A stretch of DNA of 64,000 nt from assembly GCA_036563805.1 (NCBI GenBank), contig DATCLS010000102.1, positions 67,903 through 131,902 of the forward strand, in the 5' to 3' direction. The position numbers and the translations under genes were made by a program. The stretch's first letter is position 1, and the number at the start of each line of letters is the position of its first letter. Below the pieces are notes generated by a model. It saw only the letters and a program-made list of their open reading frames with translations. It made no database searches and had not been told where the DNA came from. This stretch comes from Acidimicrobiales bacterium (lineage in GTDB: Bacteria; Actinomycetota; Acidimicrobiia; Acidimicrobiales; VFJN01). This document shows, piece by piece, positions 58,954-64,000 of this stretch.

Positions 58954-59856
58954 GTGCCGATCAAGCCGTCGCCGGCAGTCCTGCGGGCGTCCGACATCCT
59001 CGAGTTCCTCGCCCGGCGGCCCCGGGAACCGCAGTCGCTGTCCGAGATCGCGCGCCGCACCGGCGTCAGCAAGGCGACCTGCCAGTCCCTCCTACTCGGC
59101 CTCGTCGAGGCCGGGCTGGTGGCCCGCCACGAGTCCAGCCGGCGCTACGGCCTCGGGCCCGTGCTCATCCCCCTGGGCTCCGCCGCCGCCGAGGGGCACG
59201 AGGTGGCGCAGGTCGCCCTGCCCGAGATGGAGCGGCTGAGCGAGGCGCTGCTGCTGCCCGTCCTCGGGGCCGTGCAGGCGGGCGCCCGGCTGGTCGTCGT
59301 GGCCGCCACCAGCTCGCCCCGCCCGTTCTCGGTGGGGCTGCCGACGGGCCAGACGGTGCCGTTCGTCCCGCCGCTCGGGGCCCCGTTCGTGGCCTGGTCC
59401 CCCGCCGAGGACGTCGAGGCGTGGCTGGCCCGGGCGCCCGAGCCCCTCGACGAGCAGGGCCGGGCCCGGCTGCTGGCCGCGCTCGACCTGGTGCGCCGGC
59501 TCGGCTTCGGCGTCACGCTCGACAACACCGTGCGGGTGTCGCTGGGCGACGCCGTGGCGGCGCTGGCCGAGAACCCCGACGCCGACGACGTGCGGGCCCG
59601 GCGCGACGACCTGATCCGCCGGCTGTCGCAGGTCGAGTACCTGCCGACCGAGCTGGCGCCCGACGTGCCCTACCGGTTGGCCCAGATCTCCGCGCCCGTG
59701 TTCGACCACAACGGCGAGGTGGTGATGATGGTGGCGGCCACGCCCCTGGGGGTCGAGCTGGGGCTGGCGGGCATCCGGCAGTACGGCGAGGCGGTGCGGG
59801 CCACCGCCGACCGGGTCACGGCGTCGATCGGCGGGGCGCCGCCGGCGGCGGCCTGA
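58954..59856 (+). CDS. IclR-family transcriptional regulator
   Basis: GTG 58954 lies 6 nt after GGGAGG (alternative ATG 58930). The HTH reads QSLSEIARRTGVSKATCQSLLLGL, followed by an IclR effector domain. Confidence 0.85.
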   Translation: MPIKPSPAVLRASDILEFLARRPREPQSLSEIARRTGVSKATCQSLLLGLVEAGLVARHESSRRYGLGPVLIPLGSAAAEGHEVAQVALPEMERLSEALLLPVLGAVQAGARLVVVAATSSPRPFSVGLPTGQTVPFVPPLGAPFVAWSPAEDVEAWLARAPEPLDEQGRARLLAALDLVRRLGFGVTLDNTVRVSLGDAVAALAENPDADDVRARRDDLIRRLSQVEYLPTELAPDVPYRLAQISAPVFDHNGEVVMMVAATPLGVELGLAGIRQYGEAVRATADRVTASIGGAPPAAA

Positions 59857-59867
59857 CCGGGACGCCG

Positions 59868-61226
59868 GTGGTCGACTTCCGCTTCTCGGCCGCGGCCGAG
59901 GCGTTCCGGGCCGAGGTGCGCGCCTTCTTGGCCGGCGCCCTCTCCCCCGACGCCGTCGCCGGACACGACGACCCGACCGACCTCACCGGCCTGGGCGAGG
60001 ACGTCGAGCGGCGGCTGCACCGGGCCGCCGGCGAGCGGGGCTGGCTGCGCCTCGGGCTCGAGGGCGACTGGGAGCGCCGGGCCGTGTTCGACCACGAGGT
60101 GGCCTACGCCGACGCCCCACTGGTCGACACGGCGGTCACGCTGGCCGGCCAGGCACTCGCCGCCTTCGGGTCCGGGTGGCAGCTCGACCTGCTGGAGCGT
60201 ATGGCCGCCGGCGAGGTGACGGCCTGCATCGCCTACAGCGAGGAGGGGGCCGGCAGCGACCTCACCGCCGTCGAGGCGACGGCCACGCCAGTGGGAGCGA
60301 CGGACGGTTCGGGGGCGACGGAGGCGTCGGGCCCCTCGGGGGCGCCGGGGTCCGCCCCGTTGCCCGAAGGCTGGGTGCTGCGGGGGACCAAGGTGCTCGT
60401 CACCGGCGCCCACAAGGCCGACTGGTGCCTCACGATCGCCCGGACCCGGCCGGACGAACCCGCCCGCCGGGCCCTGAGCATGTTCGTGGTCGACATGCGG
60501 GCACCGGGCGTCGAGGTCGTCCGCCGGCCGACGATGAACGGCTGGACGCTGGGCGACGTCGTGTTCCACGACGTGCGCCTGGGGCCGGAGGCGCTGCTGG
60601 GCACGCTCCACGGGGGCTGGAAGCAGCTGGTCGCCGCCGTGGCCGCCGAGCGGACCGGCATGTTCTGGATCGGCTTCGCCCGGCACGCGCTCGACCTGCT
60701 GGTCGAGCACGTCCGGACGGCGGAGCGCGACGGACGGCCGTTGGCCGACGACCCCCTCGCCCGCGACACGGTGGGCCGGCTGGCCCTCGACCTGGAGGCC
60801 GGCGACCGCCTCGCCCGCCGGGCGCTGTGGTCCCAGGCCCAGGCGGACGCCCCCGGCCCGACCCCGCCCCAACCCGCCGCCGGTACAGGCGGTGCCGTCC
60901 CGGGCGGCGACGACGCGGGGGGCGGCGGCCCGGTCCACTCCGGGCGGGGCGTGCCGGCGCCGGCCCTGGCCGCCATGGCCAAGGTCGTCGCCACCGAGCT
61001 GCTCCAGGACATCGCGCAGGCCGCCACCGAGCTGGCCGGCCCCGCCGGGCTGGCGTGGGCGCCGCCGTTCGCCCCGCCCGACGCCGTCCCGCCCGGGGCG
61101 GCCGCCGGCGGGCGCCTGGCCTGGGAGTACCTGGAACGGGTTCACGGCACGATCAGCGTCGGCGCCAACGAGCTGCAGCGGGACACGATCGCCCAGCTCG
61201 GCCTGGGCCTGCCCCGGGGAGGATGA
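59868..61226 (+). CDS. Acyl-CoA dehydrogenase family protein (large subunit-like)
   Basis: 452 aa from GTG 59868 with an ACAD pattern (IAYSEEGAGSD, GTKVLVTGA, ELQRDTIAQ). Two Gly/Pro/Ala-rich insertions are present. Confidence 0.75.
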   Translation: MVDFRFSAAAEAFRAEVRAFLAGALSPDAVAGHDDPTDLTGLGEDVERRLHRAAGERGWLRLGLEGDWERRAVFDHEVAYADAPLVDTAVTLAGQALAAFGSGWQLDLLERMAAGEVTACIAYSEEGAGSDLTAVEATATPVGATDGSGATEASGPSGAPGSAPLPEGWVLRGTKVLVTGAHKADWCLTIARTRPDEPARRALSMFVVDMRAPGVEVVRRPTMNGWTLGDVVFHDVRLGPEALLGTLHGGWKQLVAAVAAERTGMFWIGFARHALDLLVEHVRTAERDGRPLADDPLARDTVGRLALDLEAGDRLARRALWSQAQADAPGPTPPQPAAGTGGAVPGGDDAGGGGPVHSGRGVPAPALAAMAKVVATELLQDIAQAATELAGPAGLAWAPPFAPPDAVPPGAAAGGRLAWEYLERVHGTISVGANELQRDTIAQLGLGLPRGG

Positions 61227-62191
61227 CGGTGGACCTGTCCCTCACGCCCGACCACGCCCGGCTGCGCGCCGCCGCCCGGGCCGCGTTCGCGGCCGGCGGC
61301 GACCCGCCGCTGGTCGCCGGGCCCCTGACCGAGCTCGCGATCGTGGCCCGGGAGCTGGGCCGGGCCGCGGTCCCGTCGCCGTTCCACGCCGACGTCCTGG
61401 CCCGCCTGCTCGGCTGGGACGACCCGGACCGGGCGGCGGTCGCCCTCGACGTCCGTCCGCCGGCCCCGTCCCGGGACCCGACCGGCGTGCCCGGCGGGCC
61501 GCCGACGCTCACCGGCGTCGCCGACTTCGTCCCACACGCCGGCGCGGCGGCGTGGCTGCTGGTTCCGCTCGGGCCCGACGCCGTCGCCCAGGTCGACCGA
61601 CGGGGGCCGGGGGTCGCCGTCACGCCCCAGGCGACGATCGCCGACGACGCCCGGTGTCGGGTGGAGCTGTCCGGCGCCCCGGTGGTCCGGACGTGGGCGG
61701 CCGACGTCACCGGCGCCACCGCCCGGGCCGCGGTCGTGCTGGCCGCTGACGCCGTGGGGGCGGCCGAGGCGGCCCTCGACGCGGCGGTGGCCCACGTGTC
61801 CGAGCGTCGCCAGTGGGGTGCGCCGCTGGGGACACGGCAGGCCGTCCAGCACCGGTGCGCCGACATGCTGATCGACGTGACCCAGGCCGCCGACGCCGTG
61901 TTGGACGCCGCCGGGGTGGCCGACCGGGGCGCGCCCGAGGCGGAGGTCCGGCTGGCCGCCTCCGCCGCCAAGGCCACCGCTCTCCCCCGGTGCCGCCGGG
62001 TCACCGCCGCCGCCCACCAGCTGGCCGGTGGGCAGGGTGTCCTGGCCGACCGGCCGTTCCACCGCTGGTACCGGCGGGTCAAGGCCGCCGAGCCCACGCT
62101 CGGCGACGTCCGCGCCCACCGGGACGCCGTCGCCACCGCCCTCCTGGCCGGGGAGACGCTCTCGAGCCTCGCCGGAGGAGGGACGCCGTGA
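61223..62191 (+). CDS. Acyl-CoA dehydrogenase family protein (small, partner-subunit-like)
   Basis: 322 aa. ATG 61223 overlaps the upstream stop (ATGA). It has an ACAD C-terminal helical domain pattern (RRQWGAPLGTRQAVQHRCADM, AHQLAGGQG). Confidence 0.65.
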   Translation: MTVDLSLTPDHARLRAAARAAFAAGGDPPLVAGPLTELAIVARELGRAAVPSPFHADVLARLLGWDDPDRAAVALDVRPPAPSRDPTGVPGGPPTLTGVADFVPHAGAAAWLLVPLGPDAVAQVDRRGPGVAVTPQATIADDARCRVELSGAPVVRTWAADVTGATARAAVVLAADAVGAAEAALDAAVAHVSERRQWGAPLGTRQAVQHRCADMLIDVTQAADAVLDAAGVADRGAPEAEVRLAASAAKATALPRCRRVTAAAHQLAGGQGVLADRPFHRWYRRVKAAEPTLGDVRAHRDAVATALLAGETLSSLAGGGTP

Positions 62192-62419
62192 GGAGCACGG
62201 CACCGACCAGCTGCTGGCGCTGGGTATGGCGGTCCACGACGCATCGATGCCAGGGACCTGGCCCGCCTGAGCAGCTGTTCGCCCCGGCATCGTCCGGCAC
62301 GCCCGGGGGCGAGGTCGGTTTCGAGGCCGCCCGCCGGGTGGTGACCGAGGCGTTCGCCGCCGACCCCGACACCCCGGGGCGCCGGCACCCGGCCCGCCCG
62401 CGGCCGGGTCGTGAGCCGC

Positions 62420-63148
62420 TCAGGCGGGCGGCGGGGCGGCCGGGCCGAGCGGATCCGGGTCGGCGACCGAGCGGATGCGCTCGGCGCGGGCGGGGACGCC
62501 GCGCTCGACCCGCTCCCATCCGCCGCCCCGCCGCACCAGGTAGGCGGCGAAGGCGCAGGGGATGCCGGCCATGCGGTGGGGGTCGTCCGAGTCCATGAGC
62601 TGGAAGTGCAGGTGGGGCGCGGTGGAGTTGCCGGTGTGCCCGACGCGGCCGAGCACCTGGCCGGCCCGGACCTCGTCGCCGGCCGCCACCGCCAGGCTCC
62701 CCGGCACGAGGTGGGCGTAGAGGGCGTACGCCTCGGCGCCCCGGACGATCACGTGGTTGCCGGCCACCGCGGCGACCCCGTCGCGGTCGGGGTCGAAGCG
62801 GCGGGCGTGGCGCAGCGCCGCCAGCGCGTCCCGCAGCGGGCGGACCCGCTCCCGCTCGGGCACGCCGTCCACGGCCGCCACCACCATCCCGCCGGCGGCG
62901 GCGTGCACCGGCTCGCCCCAGCCGTAGTAGTCGCGGGTGCGCCCGCCCAGCAGCCCGGCCCGCAGGGCGCTGCCCGGCCGGAGGTGGAGGCCGCGCCGCC
63001 CGTCCGGCCGGACGAAGTCGAACGCGTACCGCTGCCCGAACCGGTCGGTGCCGTGGCTGGGCACCCGGTGGGCCGGCGTCCGGACCGCCACCCACTCGCC
63101 CCGCAGCGGGAACGCCACGGTGACCGGGCGGGCAGAGGGCGCAGCCAT
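62420..63148 (-). CDS. M23-family metallopeptidase-like protein
   Basis: 242 aa from ATG 63148, with GNHVIV and GHTGNSTAPHLHFQL. Confidence 0.75.
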   Translation of the reverse strand: MAAPSARPVTVAFPLRGEWVAVRTPAHRVPSHGTDRFGQRYAFDFVRPDGRRGLHLRPGSALRAGLLGGRTRDYYGWGEPVHAAAGGMVVAAVDGVPERERVRPLRDALAALRHARRFDPDRDGVAAVAGNHVIVRGAEAYALYAHLVPGSLAVAAGDEVRAGQVLGRVGHTGNSTAPHLHFQLMDSDDPHRMAGIPCAFAAYLVRRGGGWERVERGVPARAERIRSVADPDPLGPAAPPPA

Positions 63149-63198
63149 GCCCTCATCGTCGCACGGCGGCGGGCGGCTGCCCGGGCAGGGCTGCTGGG

Positions 63199-63672
63199 CT
63201 AGCTGACCGGGTCGGGCGCCCCGTCGGCCCAGCGCTTCTTCACCTCGTCGGTGATCTCGCCCATCTCCGGGGACGGCTGGGTGATGCGTCCCTGGTTGCC
63301 GAACGGGTCGCGGAAGCCGCAGTCGATGCCGTAGGGCTGCTCGGTCGGCTCGTCGAGGAACTCGACGCCCTTGGCCTTCAGCTCCTCGTAGGTCGTCCGG
63401 CAGTCGTCGGTGGTGAGGATCATCGACAGACCGAGCGCGCCCTTGCTGACCAGGTCGCGGATCTGGGCCGCCACCTCGTCGGTCATCAGGGGCGGGCCGG
63501 GCTTCTGCAGCAGGATGTGGTGGTCGTCGCCCGGCACGCACACGGTGAGCCAGCGCATGAACCCGAGGTCGGAGTCGGCGCTCACCTCCAGCCCGAGCTT
63601 GCCCACGTAGAAGTCGAGGGCCTCGTCCTGGTCGAACACGTAGATGCCGGAGTGGCTGGTCGCGTTGAACAT
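63199..63672 (-). CDS. VOC (glyoxalase/bleomycin-resistance/dioxygenase) family protein
   Basis: 157 aa from ATG 63672 (alternative GTG 63681), with HSGIYVFDQDEALDFYVGKLGLEV and GFRDPFGN. Confidence 0.75.
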   Translation of the reverse strand: MFNATSHSGIYVFDQDEALDFYVGKLGLEVSADSDLGFMRWLTVCVPGDDHHILLQKPGPPLMTDEVAAQIRDLVSKGALGLSMILTTDDCRTTYEELKAKGVEFLDEPTEQPYGIDCGFRDPFGNQGRITQPSPEMGEITDEVKKRWADGAPDPVS

Positions 63673-63682
63673 GGCGGGCACG

Positions 63683-64000
63683 CTACGCAGGCAGCCGCCG
63701 GGGGGCTTCTCCGAAAGTGCTCGGTCGCGCCCACGCCTTGACGAAGCACGTGGGCACCGGGGCGGGGCGCGGCGCCCGGCGGCGGAACTCCGACGGCGAC
63801 AGCCCGACGACGTCGCGGAACGTCCGGCTGAACGTGCCCAGGCTGGAGAACCCGACCGCGAAGCAGATGTCGGTCACGCTGCGGTCGGTGCCCCGGAGCA
63901 GGGCCATGGCCCGCTCCACCCGCCGCCGCTGCAGGTAGCGGTGGGGCGTCTCGCCGAACGTCTCGCGGAAGGTGCGGATGAAGTGCGCCCGGGACACGAG
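63683..64000 (-). CDS. AraC-family transcriptional regulator (C-terminal HTH part; 5' end outside window)
   Basis: AraC HTH pattern: SRAHFIRTFRETFGETPHRYLQRRRVERAMALL...ICFAVGFSSLGTFSRTFRDVVGLSPSEF. The frame is open to the window edge. Confidence 0.8.
   Translation of the reverse strand, partial: LVSRAHFIRTFRETFGETPHRYLQRRRVERAMALLRGTDRSVTDICFAVGFSSLGTFSRTFRDVVGLSPSEFRRRAPRPAPVPTCFVKAWARPSTFGEAPRRLPA

Noticed and set aside
62192-62419. A possible small gene or remnant between the second ACAD gene and the M23 peptidase gene.
   Set aside because: Only fragments of alternative-frame ORFs occur here, without start, RBS or motifs. I cannot support a call from sequence alone.

Overview
This is very GC-rich, actinobacterial-style chromosomal DNA, tightly packed with genes on both strands. 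I recognised no rRNA, tRNA, CRISPR array, transposase or integrase.

Left half (nt 1 to ~35.9 kb): a nonribosomal-peptide gene cluster with siderophore hallmarks that runs off the 5' edge of the window. On the plus strand it holds a partial ABC exporter, then a stand-alone ketosynthase, ACP and acyltransferase. Next comes one 23.8-kb gene (3588-27407, 7,939 aa) for a hexamodular NRPS, then an iron-siderophore-type substrate-binding lipoprotein. AT/NRPS and NRPS/binding-protein junctions are translationally coupled (GTGA, ATGA). A divergent unit follows: an Sfp-type PPTase plus malyl-CoA-lyase-like and CitE-like genes (minus strand) face an MbtK/IucB-type N-acyltransferase (plus strand). After that come a PaaX-type regulator, a membrane fatty-acid desaturase, a Fur-family regulator and a beta-lactamase-fold lipoprotein.

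NRPS domain string, read from the translation: Cstarter-A-T | C-A(Ser)-T-E* | C*-A(hOrn-like, N-MT inserted)-T | C-A(Ser)-T | C-T-E | C-A-T-E. Unusual points:
- a decayed epimerase (HH->HP plus three other core motifs lost);
- a C domain whose second His is Leu;
- an A-less C-T-E module apparently born by T-C duplication;
- no thioesterase or reductase (the protein ends in an E-type domain);
- an 18-bp AT-rich motif, GTAAGGTAYACCTATCAT, that I found only twice by eye, at the two promoter regions of the cluster.

Right half (~36-64 kb): mixed housekeeping and accessory genes.
- DUF574-type methyltransferase + XRE regulator, M13 peptidase, EamA transporter, CGNR zinc-finger protein.
- An LLM-monooxygenase/SDR/SGNH operon whose last gene is an IclR-family regulator, a secreted S1 protease, and a SnoaL-like gene coupled to a large membrane protein.
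- ECF sigma factor, LLM/F420-type oxidoreductase, PQQ-type sugar dehydrogenase, epoxide hydrolase.
- A P450/SDR/amidohydrolase/IclR/paired acyl-CoA dehydrogenase island with a truncated aldehyde-dehydrogenase remnant.

Several AT-rich dyad-symmetric candidate operators sit in divergent intergenic regions. All function calls come from motif reading of the supplied translations; no database search was run. NRPS domain limits are approximate (about +/-60 nt) unless a motif coordinate is given.
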